Of a DNA stretch of 25,806 bases, positions 7,900 through 14,992 are shown in pieces. Each line of letters starts with the position of its first letter. Position 1 is the stretch's first letter. Source of the DNA: a virus (lineage: Duplodnaviria; Caudoviricetes). A program made the translations under genes and the position numbers. The notes under the pieces are model-generated. The model was not told the origin of the DNA, did not search any database, and was given only the letters and a program-made list of their open reading frames with translations. Where the stretch lies: positions 1 through 25,806 of the IMG/VR virus record IMGVR_UViG_3300011339_000398; one strand, given 5' to 3'.

Positions 7900-8758
7900 G
7901 AATATAGCCAAAATTAATTTGGTAGGAAAACACGTACAATTAGCTTTATTAAGCGATTTACACTGGGACAACCCGAAATGTGATAGGGACTTACTTAAAA
8001 AACATTTAGACTATTGTTTAGAAAATAATATTAAGGTTATGTTGAACGGGGATACTTTCTGTTTAATGCAAGGGAAATGGGACCCGCGTAGAAGTAAAAA
8101 AGATATTAGACCCGAACACAACAAAGCAAACTATTTAGACGCGGTAATAGAAGATGCCGTTGAATGGTTTACACCGTATGCTGATATTTTAACTGTAGTT
8201 GGATATGGTAACCACGAAACGGGTATTATTAGAAATGTAGAAACAGACCCTTTACAAAGATTTGTAGACTTATTAAATTACAAATGTAAGTCCAATGTAA
8301 TTACGGGTGGTTACGGTGGTTGGTTAATTTTACATATTAATCCATGCGAAACTACAAGTAAAGTTTTTTCAATTAAAGTAAAATATTTTCATGGTTCGGG
8401 CGGTGGTGGAATAGTTACCAAAGGCGCTTTGAATTTAACGCGTGCTTTAGAACTTGCTGAAGGGTTCGACGTGTTTACTATGGGACATATACACGAAAAC
8501 GCGGCACGTAACGATGTAAGAGAAAGTTTATACACTCACAAGGGTAATTGTAAAATAGAACTTAAACAAATTCACATGGCAATTACCGGAACGTATAAAG
8601 AAGAATACGGTGAAGGTTATATGGGCTGGCATGTAGAACGCGGAGCGCCACCAAAACCCGTTGGCGGTCGTATTTTAAACATATATTTAAGCATGGAAAA
8701 AAAAGACGGTTTACAAAATTGGAGTAAAATAATAGATAGTTCCAAATTTCCTTTGTAA
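7880..8758 (+). CDS. Calcineurin-like metallophosphoesterase
   Basis: All five motifs present: SDLH, NGD, GNHE, FHG, GHIH. Confidence 0.9.
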   Translation: MVEKISKNIAKINLVGKHVQLALLSDLHWDNPKCDRDLLKKHLDYCLENNIKVMLNGDTFCLMQGKWDPRRSKKDIRPEHNKANYLDAVIEDAVEWFTPYADILTVVGYGNHETGIIRNVETDPLQRFVDLLNYKCKSNVITGGYGGWLILHINPCETTSKVFSIKVKYFHGSGGGGIVTKGALNLTRALELAEGFDVFTMGHIHENAARNDVRESLYTHKGNCKIELKQIHMAITGTYKEEYGEGYMGWHVERGAPPKPVGGRILNIYLSMEKKDGLQNWSKIIDSSKFPL

Positions 8759-8781
8759 ATTAGCAGCATACTTTGTTTTTT

Positions 8782-8812
8782 AAGACCCGTTTAGTAATAA
8801 GCGGGTTTTTTT
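8782..8812 (+). terminator. Rho-independent terminator ending the late/lysis operon
   Basis: GACCCGTTTA-gtaa-TAAGCGGGTT hairpin followed by a T-run. Confidence 0.9.
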
Positions 8813-8820
8813 ATGCCTTT

Positions 8821-8872
8821 TTTCTACGTAGTTTCTACGTGTTTCTACGTAAAATATACGTATTTTTGTAGA
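8821..8872. repeat. Three direct TTTCTACGT repeats plus a fourth TACGT core in an imperfect palindrome
   Basis: TTTCTACGT at 8821, 8832 and 8842; ATACGTAT at 8856-8863. Confidence 0.85.
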
Positions 8873-8876
8873 TAAC

Positions 8877-8918
8877 TTGTTTATAATCTAAATATTCACT
8901 TTATATTTGCATATAACA
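8877..8918 (+). promoter_or_regulatory. Bacteroidota primary-sigma (early) promoter
   Basis: -7 element TATATTTG at 8902-8909, TTG at 8877. The 17-mer TATATTTGCATATAACA is identical to 14562-14578. Confidence 0.75.
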
Positions 8919-8932
8919 TTTAAGAAAACATT

Positions 8933-9268
8933 ATGAAAAATTACTTTAAAGATTGCGCATTGTGTCACGGTAACGGAAGAATAGAAATTTCAGGTAATGA
9001 CGAACCGTACTATGAACACTGGGTAGACTGTAACTACTGCGAAGAAGGAAAAGTTATAAATATGGACGAAGTAGAGTTTAAAGTGGCTCAAATAGAAGAT
9101 ATGGTAGAAGGTTTTACAATTCGTGTTTCTATCTTTCAGGATATGGCGAATAAATGTAAACTTGGTTACTTAGATAATTTAGCACGTAAATTTGAAAAAA
9201 GAATTGAAACGTGTGAAAAAGCTATATTAAGATTAAACAACTATAAATTAACAATTAAAAACTTATAA
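8933..9268 (+). CDS. Hypothetical early protein with DnaJ-type Zn-finger-like motif
   Basis: CALCHGNG...CNYCEEG followed by a coiled coil. Confidence 0.7.
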   Translation: MKNYFKDCALCHGNGRIEISGNDEPYYEHWVDCNYCEEGKVINMDEVEFKVAQIEDMVEGFTIRVSIFQDMANKCKLGYLDNLARKFEKRIETCEKAILRLNNYKLTIKNL

Positions 9269-9270
9269 TC

Positions 9271-9366
9271 ATGGATGCTGAAAAAACAATTAAAGAAATC
9301 TTTTACGCGTTTGTAGCGATTTTAACAGTAACGGGTATACTTACATATATCGGAGTAATTTTCTAA
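9271..9366 (+). CDS. Small membrane peptide (31 aa)
   Basis: MDAEKTIKEIFYAFVAILTVTGILTYIGVIF; starts 2 nt after the upstream stop. Confidence 0.55.
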   Translation: MDAEKTIKEIFYAFVAILTVTGILTYIGVIF

Positions 9367-9377
9367 CGTTAGAACGC

Positions 9378-9521
9378 ATGAAAACATCATTAAAACGCAT
9401 TCCTTTAGCTTATTTAATTAGGGCTTGGAGTAAAAAACTAAAAGTAGACGAATTAAGAGGTACATTTAATGAAGAATTATATTTAAAAATCATAAAAATC
9501 AAACATGAAAAAAACTTATAA
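9378..9521 (+). CDS. Hypothetical protein (47 aa)
   Basis: MKTSLKRIPLAYLIRAWSKK...; fills the gap on the coding strand. Confidence 0.55.
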   Translation: MKTSLKRIPLAYLIRAWSKKLKVDELRGTFNEELYLKIIKIKHEKNL

Positions 9522-9789
9522 AGACCCCGCAGAACAATTTGGTTGGAACGCAATTTACAAAATGCTGGAAATAGCAAAACACGATGAAGGAATAGTTTAC
9601 GAACAAGCATGGTTTTCTAAATATTGCATGACGGATGAAATGTGCGACGAATGGAAAGAATGGTTTATAAAAGAAGCCGGTAAAAAATTAAGGTTAAACA
9701 AACACCGAGCAGAAAAAGAATTTAGCTGGTTTAATTTAGCGTATGGACTTAAAATAAATAATGACTATGACCCTGAAAGAAAAGAATAA
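9505..9789 (+). CDS. Hypothetical protein
   Basis: 94 aa Trp-rich ORF. Confidence 0.65.
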   Translation: MKKTYKDPAEQFGWNAIYKMLEIAKHDEGIVYEQAWFSKYCMTDEMCDEWKEWFIKEAGKKLRLNKHRAEKEFSWFNLAYGLKINNDYDPERKE

Positions 9790-9919
9790 TTTAGACCGTG
9801 TTTTAGTAGGAATTGAAAAAACGGAAAAATTCATGCAAAAAGTAAAAATAGAAAAACGTTGGCGGGCTGGATACCTTCAGGCGCTGAAAGAAGTAAAATT
9901 AAAACTAAAGGAAATATGA
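9767..9919 (+). CDS. Hypothetical basic protein (~50 aa)
   Basis: MTLKEKNNLDRV...GYLQALKEVK; alternative ATG at 9761. Confidence 0.5.
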   Translation: MTLKEKNNLDRVLVGIEKTEKFMQKVKIEKRWRAGYLQALKEVKLKLKEI

Positions 9920-9987
9920 AAACAATTAACACAACACATTTAGTATTAGCTTGGAAAGCTATTTATTATACAACAAAATACTCATGA
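9916..9987 (+). CDS. Possible 23-aa peptide
   Basis: ATGA-coupled; MKTINTTHLVLAWKAIYYTTKYS. Confidence 0.35.
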   Translation: MKTINTTHLVLAWKAIYYTTKYS

Positions 9988-10046
9988 AGAAGCGAAACTA
10001 AATGAAATATGACACCAAAAGAAATGTATTATTAATATAAACGTTG

Positions 10047-10054
10047 TATATTTG
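10047..10054 (+). promoter_or_regulatory. -7 promoter element in front of the HNH gene
   Basis: TATATTTG lies 4 nt before ATG 10059; only a weak -33 match. Confidence 0.55.
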
Positions 10055-10058
10055 CATC

Positions 10059-10589
10059 ATGAAAGAAATAAAAAAATATCCAAATTATTTTGTAACTGAA
10101 GAAGGCTTAGTATTTAGTTCAAAAACAAATAAATTTTTAAAATTTAGTTATGACCAACAGGGCTATCAAAGAGTAGGTTTATATATAGGAAACTATAAAA
10201 CTAAAACTATAAAAGTACATAGGCTTGTAGCTGAAACATTCATAGATAATATTGAAAATAAAAAAGATGTTAACCATATAGACGGAATTAAATCAAATAA
10301 TAATATTTCTAATTTAGAATGGTGTACAAGAAGTGAAAATGTAAAACACGCTTTTAAAATTGGATTAAACAAAATTTCAGATAATCAAAAAAATAGATTT
10401 ATTGCAATGTCAAAATCTCAAACTGGAAGTAATAATCCAGCATCAAGAAAAATAATAAATACTGAAACAAAAGAAATATTTAACACAATTAAAGATGTGC
10501 TTGAATTAGTAAATTTAAAAAGAACAACTTTTCAAGCTATGTTAAGTAATCAAAATCCAAATAAAACAAATTTTAAATATTATGAATAG
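10059..10589 (+). CDS. HNH homing endonuclease (I-HmuI-like, NUMOD-type DNA-binding regions)
   Basis: VHRLVAETF...VNHIDGIKSNN..SNLEWCT..EN. ATG 10059 is preferred over TTG 10044, which overlaps the promoter. Confidence 0.9.
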   Translation: MKEIKKYPNYFVTEEGLVFSSKTNKFLKFSYDQQGYQRVGLYIGNYKTKTIKVHRLVAETFIDNIENKKDVNHIDGIKSNNNISNLEWCTRSENVKHAFKIGLNKISDNQKNRFIAMSKSQTGSNNPASRKIINTETKEIFNTIKDVLELVNLKRTTFQAMLSNQNPNKTNFKYYE

Positions 10590-10755
10590 AGCACAAGAAA
10601 AAGCAAAAGAAATTTATACGCGGTCTTTACGTTTATACGGAATAGATGAAGCGAAAGAACAAGCGATTAAAACAGTAGAATCAATTCAATATTTAGTACC
10701 ATTCGACGGGCAAAAGTTTTGGAATGAAGTAACAACGGAAATTGAAAAAATATGA
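10582..10755 (+). CDS. Small hypothetical protein (57 aa)
   Basis: MNRAQEKAKEIYTRSL...FWNEVTTEIEKI; overlaps the HNH stop. Confidence 0.65.
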   Translation: MNRAQEKAKEIYTRSLRLYGIDEAKEQAIKTVESIQYLVPFDGQKFWNEVTTEIEKI

Positions 10756-10859
10756 GGATTGAAACAAACAAGGCAATGCTTAGAATAAAAGTATTTTTAA
10801 AGCACATGAAGAAAAAGTATAAACACCCAATAAAAAGAATAAATAATGAGTTTGATTGA
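10752..10859 (+). CDS. Small basic peptide (35 aa)
   Basis: ATGA-coupled; MRIETNKAMLRIKVFLKHMKKK... Confidence 0.45.
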   Translation: MRIETNKAMLRIKVFLKHMKKKYKHPIKRINNEFD

Positions 10860-11049
10860 TTTTAGCATAAAGACCTTAAAAGAAAAGGAACAAGAAATTT
10901 TAAACTATCAATGGACGGAACAACAAAAGAATGTATTTCCTGAAGCTTATGCAAACAGTTTAAAATGTGTAAAGCAACTAAGACGAAGTATTAACATATT
11001 ACTAAAAGACAATGCAAGAAGAAGCGAAAATAGCACTACTATTATTTAG
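10846..11049 (+). CDS. Hypothetical protein
   Basis: 67 aa ORF within a tightly packed operon. Confidence 0.55.
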   Translation: MSLIDFSIKTLKEKEQEILNYQWTEQQKNVFPEAYANSLKCVKQLRRSINILLKDNARRSENSTTII

Positions 11050-11113
11050 TGTAGGAATAATTTTAATTTTAATAGACCTTATAAAAAAACATAATGAAAA
11101 CAACAATTATTAA
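11012..11113 (+). CDS. Small membrane peptide (33 aa)
   Basis: MQEEAKIALLLFSVGIILILIDLIKKHNENNNY. Confidence 0.45.
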   Translation: MQEEAKIALLLFSVGIILILIDLIKKHNENNNY

Positions 11114-11492
11114 TTATATAAAAGAAAACGGATTAGACCGTAAAGACCGCCATCGAGAATACGTATACAGAAGAATGTTTTTAGCTGGTTTACTACACAA
11201 AGAGGGAATGACGTTACAAGGAATAGCTGATATATTTACTTTGACACATGCGACTATAATACACGCCATCCGAACGGACAAACACTTCATTAAGACGAAC
11301 GATAGCATTTACAAAATGTACATTCAAAAGGAACTTGAACTATTCGCGCCGTTGGTAGAAATGCGCCGTGACATATTTACAGAGGTTCTAAACGCACGTA
11401 ACACAACCGATTTAATGAATATAGTAAAACGGATTAAAAACAACGAATACGAGCAGCAACCGAGGGACTTTATTTCATCTTATATAGTTTAA
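11094..11492 (+). CDS. HTH DNA-binding protein resembling DnaA domain IV
   Basis: R..EYVYRRM...GMTLQGIADIF..THATIIHA matches the DnaA C-terminal signature pattern; no AAA+ domain. Confidence 0.75.
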   Translation: MKTTIINYIKENGLDRKDRHREYVYRRMFLAGLLHKEGMTLQGIADIFTLTHATIIHAIRTDKHFIKTNDSIYKMYIQKELELFAPLVEMRRDIFTEVLNARNTTDLMNIVKRIKNNEYEQQPRDFISSYIV

Positions 11493-11493
11493 T

Positions 11494-11697
11494 ATGTTAC
11501 AAGTAGGAAGTAAAATAAAAGACGTAGAAGATAGCGACTGTTATTTTGTGGGCGTAGTTACTGAATTAAATGCATTTAAAGGCGTTAAAACTTATAAGGT
11601 AACACAAGTTATTTGGTACGATAAAGAATGGTTAGACGATGAATATATAGGGCAAATAATAGAACCTAAATGGTGGTATATTCAATTATATAAATGA
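11494..11697 (+). CDS. Hypothetical protein (SH3-like beta pattern)
   Basis: 67 aa; LQVGSKIKD...GVVTE. Confidence 0.6.
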   Translation: MLQVGSKIKDVEDSDCYFVGVVTELNAFKGVKTYKVTQVIWYDKEWLDDEYIGQIIEPKWWYIQLYK

Positions 11698-11744
11698 TAG
11701 CGTACTACAAACAGTTTAATGTTAATAAGTCTTTTTAAATTAAG

Positions 11745-11775
11745 TTTGTAGAATGAATAATATTTAGTAATATTG
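11745..11775 (+). promoter_or_regulatory. Bacteroidota-type promoter for the replication operon
   Basis: TTTG (11745) - 19 nt - TAATATTG (11768); one mismatch to TAnnTTTG. Confidence 0.6.
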
Positions 11776-11780
11776 CAAAG

Positions 11781-11862
11781 GTTCGTGCAGGAACAAAATA
11801 AAAAATTTGTATTAAAACTCTTTAGTTAGTAGGCTGCACCCGAACACTAAGGGGTTTTTTTT
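11781..11862 (+). ncRNA. Structured 5' leader: small hairpin plus terminator with complementary loops (candidate attenuator)
   Basis: GTTC-GTGCAG-GAAC hairpin; 13-bp stem 11814-11826/11846-11858 running into a T-run, with CTGCAC in its loop. Confidence 0.65.
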
Positions 11863-11881
11863 ATGCTTAAAAATTATTATT

Positions 11882-12085
11882 ATGGCAAAAATTATTTTAA
11901 TTGACGGAGTTATAAACGTCAAAGAATCTTATGAAAAAATTAGAAATTGGATTGAACAAGAAAATCATTGGTTAGAATTAATGTCTGAAAATTCCGAATT
12001 AAAAATAGTAGAACGGGCAACTAATATTGAACAAGATTACCGTGTTTTAATTCAGGTTAAAAACATTCAATGCGTTAAACCATGA
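11882..12085 (+). CDS. Hypothetical protein
   Basis: 67 aa, ATGA-coupled to the initiator gene. Confidence 0.65.
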   Translation: MAKIILIDGVINVKESYEKIRNWIEQENHWLELMSENSELKIVERATNIEQDYRVLIQVKNIQCVKP

Positions 12086-12705
12086 GAAAAGCATTTAACT
12101 TTTATCGTAGCTATTGGGACGTAGCCAACGAATTAAACGATAAAGATAGGTTAGCGTTTTACGATGCTTTATTCACACGTCAATTTACTGGAGAAGAAAT
12201 TGAATTAAGGGGTTTAGTTAAGTTTGCGTATCTATCTCAAAAACACTCTATTGATAAACAAGTTAAAGGTTATGAAGATAAAACTAAACAACAATTAAAC
12301 AACCCTACTAAACACCCTACCGAAGGGGGTTCGCAAGGGGGTACGGTACACCCTACGGTACAAGAGAAAGAGAAAGAGAAAGAAGAAGAACAGTTATATA
12401 CCGTCCCTTTTCAGGAACGCATAAGTAAATTTCTTTTATGGTTTAATTTAGAATCTACTAAACACGGTAAACAACAAACAAAGTTTAGAACCTTAAACAA
12501 TCAAACAGAAACTAACCTAAAAAAATTAATTGATAAATATTTACCTGAAGAATGGAATTTAGCATTTGAGAATATGATAAACAATTCTTGGGTAATTGAA
12601 AATAAGAATGCTACACCCGATCATTTTTTAAGACCAGCTAATTTTGAGAAATATTTAAACCAAGTAAGTAAAGAACAAGAACCTAATAAATTTGCGTGGT
12701 CATGA
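12082..12705 (+). CDS. Phage replication initiator / replisome organizer
   Basis: N-terminal FNFYRSY..., repetitive linker, EKEKEKE tract, C-terminal TPDHFLRPANFEKYLNQ; directly upstream of the helicase. Confidence 0.75.
   Translation: MRKAFNFYRSYWDVANELNDKDRLAFYDALFTRQFTGEEIELRGLVKFAYLSQKHSIDKQVKGYEDKTKQQLNNPTKHPTEGGSQGGTVHPTVQEKEKEKEEEQLYTVPFQERISKFLLWFNLESTKHGKQQTKFRTLNNQTETNLKKLIDKYLPEEWNLAFENMINNSWVIENKNATPDHFLRPANFEKYLNQVSKEQEPNKFAWS
12301..12390. repeat. Iteron-like repeats, probable replication origin
   Basis: 12-bp periodicity: ACCCTAC at 12302/12314/12350, AAGGGGGT at 12323/12335, TACGGTACA at 12342/12354; then a polypurine tract at 12362-12390. Confidence 0.7.
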
Positions 12706-13718
12706 TAGAAGGATTTAAAATAACAGAACAAGGCGATGTTGTAAACAAGCTTTACAAACACCGCGACAATTACCACCTGAAGGGAAAGTTTTTAGGCTTT
12801 GAAGAATTACATAAACATTATTCAATGAGTTTAGGGAATTGTACCGATTGGACTGGTTACCCTATGAGTGGTAAAACACAATTTTTAATGGAATGTTTAG
12901 TGAACACTTCGAAGTTTTACGGTTGGAAACATTTAGTATATTTTCCTGATGTTGGAAATAATGTAGAAATAGTTGCTGATTTAATTCAAAAAAAGACGGG
13001 CAAAAGTTTCGACCCAAACACAAAGAATGTAATTACGGATTTAGAAATTACGCACGGTATGGAATGGGTTTTACGACACTTCAATATTGTAACACGTAAA
13101 GAAACAAAAGGTAAAATTACACCTAAGGAATTTTGGGAATGGGCGGTAGAACTAAAACACGAAAACGAATTACACACCGCTTCAATAGATAGTTGGAAAG
13201 ATTTAAACCATGATTACGAAAAATACGGTGGATATGCTCAATACTTAGAATATGTTTTACCTTTAAGAAATCATATCGCTGAAGAAAATAATTTACACTT
13301 TCACACTATTATACACCCGAAGCTAACGGAAAAGGAAAATGGTAAAAGAAACGCGCCTACACCTTTTGATTTAAAAGGTGGTAGTGAATGGTTTAATAGT
13401 GGAAAATGTATGATAACAGTTCACCGTGAAAACCCTGAATTTAACGAAGCACAAATATTTTTTAATAAGATTAAACCGCGTTCAAATGGCGAAGTCGGAA
13501 AAATGTTAATTAAGTTTGACAAATCAACTTTAAGTTATTATTTAGATAGGCAAAACGGAATGGAATTTTTAAAAGAATTTGCAAAAGAACAAATTGCTGA
13601 AGCGGTTAAACCAATAGCAAACCAATTTCCGAAGCAATTACAGTTGGATAGTTTTCCAAATTTAATTTCTACCAGCGAAAAAATAAGATTAGCAAACGAA
13701 AATCAATTACCTTTTTAA
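12702..13718 (+). CDS. Replicative helicase (SF4, DnaB/T7 gp4-like)
   Basis: Walker A GYPMSGKT, Walker B SIDSW, IIHP and DLKGGSEWFN motifs. ATG 12702 overlaps the upstream TGA. Confidence 0.85.
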   Translation: MIEGFKITEQGDVVNKLYKHRDNYHLKGKFLGFEELHKHYSMSLGNCTDWTGYPMSGKTQFLMECLVNTSKFYGWKHLVYFPDVGNNVEIVADLIQKKTGKSFDPNTKNVITDLEITHGMEWVLRHFNIVTRKETKGKITPKEFWEWAVELKHENELHTASIDSWKDLNHDYEKYGGYAQYLEYVLPLRNHIAEENNLHFHTIIHPKLTEKENGKRNAPTPFDLKGGSEWFNSGKCMITVHRENPEFNEAQIFFNKIKPRSNGEVGKMLIKFDKSTLSYYLDRQNGMEFLKEFAKEQIAEAVKPIANQFPKQLQLDSFPNLISTSEKIRLANENQLPF

Positions 13719-13720
13719 TT

Positions 13721-14011
13721 ATGAACTTAGAATACATTTTGCGCAAAGCAACCATGAACAATCTTTACTACAAATTAAAATTTAGTTTAGACGAAATAAA
13801 CACGAAGCACCCAACAAGAAACGACTTAATAGATAGCATGAGTAAAAGTCTTGTAGACGTGTTTGAAATGATTAAATACTTAGACCATATCGAAATGAAC
13901 AACCGCGTATTAGATAAACGTATTTACGCTTTAGAATTAGAGAATATGCAACTTAAACAAGAAAACAGACATTTAACAAAACACATTGAAAACTTAACTA
14001 CCGAACTATGA
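13721..14011 (+). CDS. Coiled-coil hypothetical protein
   Basis: 96 aa with a heptad pattern at the C-terminus. Confidence 0.65.
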   Translation: MNLEYILRKATMNNLYYKLKFSLDEINTKHPTRNDLIDSMSKSLVDVFEMIKYLDHIEMNNRVLDKRIYALELENMQLKQENRHLTKHIENLTTEL

Positions 14012-14535
14012 AAACACGAAAATGCCGCTACTGTAAAGAACCATTTACACCAATAACAACTTTACAAAAGAACTGTTTTGAGCCTAATTGTGTAAGTGAC
14101 TGGATAAACGAAACAAAGCAAAAGACTTGGACTAAGAAAAAAGCGAAGTTAAAAGCGGAATTAATGACCGTTCAGGACTATGTTAAAATAGCGCAGCAAG
14201 TATTTAATAAGTTTATTCGTTTACGGGATGCCGGTAATGTTTGTATTTCGTGTGGTAAAAATATAAACGGTGTAAAACACGCATCCCATTTTTTAAGCGC
14301 GGGTGGACATTCTAATGTTAGGTTTAATGAAGATAACGTATGGACTTCATGCTACAAATGTAACGTAATGCTTTCAGGAAATCAATTAGAATATAGAAAA
14401 CGATTGATTAATAAAATAGGAATAGAACGTATTGAATGGTTAGAACAAAACGGAAGCAAAGAAAAAAAATATACGGTAGACGAACTAAAGGAAATAATTA
14501 ACACGTACAAAAAAAAAATTAAACAATTTGAATAA
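14008..14535 (+). CDS. ninG: NinG/Rap-family recombination endonuclease
   Basis: RKCRYCKEPF; AQQVFNKFIRLRD; CISCG; ASHF; RFNEDNV...CYKCN. Confidence 0.9.
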   Translation: MKTRKCRYCKEPFTPITTLQKNCFEPNCVSDWINETKQKTWTKKKAKLKAELMTVQDYVKIAQQVFNKFIRLRDAGNVCISCGKNINGVKHASHFLSAGGHSNVRFNEDNVWTSCYKCNVMLSGNQLEYRKRLINKIGIERIEWLEQNGSKEKKYTVDELKEIINTYKKKIKQFE

Positions 14536-14539
14536 ATAG

Positions 14540-14578
14540 TTGTATATTAAAATATAATGTATATATTTGCATATAACA
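14540..14578 (+). promoter_or_regulatory. Bacteroidota primary-sigma promoter for the recombination operon
   Basis: TTG (14540) - 19 nt - TATATTTG (14562), a consensus match. Confidence 0.85.
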
Positions 14579-14591
14579 AAAAACAAAGTAT

Positions 14592-14795
14592 ATGAAAAAT
14601 TTAAGTAAATCAATCGAAGAAAGAGCAATTAATTTAATGCTTAATGGAGTAGAAGCAATTGCAGCGGTTAAATAAGCTATAATAGAAGAAAATAAATTAA
14701 TAGCTGAAATGTTAGAACAAACAACGGAACGAAGTAAAAAAACAAAAGCGACAATTTGTAAAAACACTTACGGTTTAATCCATTTATTTAATTAA
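14592..14795 (+). pseudogene. Hypothetical 67-codon gene interrupted by an in-frame TAA
   Basis: MKNLSKSIEERAINLMLNGVEAIAAVK*AIIEENKLIAEMLEQ...HLFN; TAA at 14673-14675, and the frame stays open to just before the next ATG. Confidence 0.7.
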
Positions 14796-14797
14796 AA

Positions 14798-14992
14798 ATG
14801 GAAATATTCTTTCAAGAAGTAACAAACAGACACAACGGTAAAAGATTCTGTTTTAAAATTGATAGGTTACAATCATTTGAAGAAAAAGACGGATATACAA
14901 AAATCCATTTAGACACAACAAATTTTGAAATATCAGAAACTTACCAAGAATTTATAGACAAAATAAAAACAAATAAAAAACAAAGTATATGA
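14798..14992 (+). CDS. Small hypothetical protein (FlbD-like pattern)
   Basis: 64 aa; FKIDRLQSFEE...TKIHL...EISETYQEF. Confidence 0.6.
   Translation: MEIFFQEVTNRHNGKRFCFKIDRLQSFEEKDGYTKIHLDTTNFEISETYQEFIDKIKTNKKQSI

Noticed and set aside
8821-8872. CRISPR-like mini-array
   Set aside because: Repeats are 9 bp with 1-2 nt gaps, with no spacers and no cas genes.
10025-10600. Group I intron around the HNH gene
   Set aside because: The flanks are too short for a catalytic core and no conserved intron pairings are visible.
14673-14675. Stop-codon reassignment (alternative genetic code)
   Set aside because: Only one in-frame stop was found; TAA, TAG and TGA all terminate intact genes normally.
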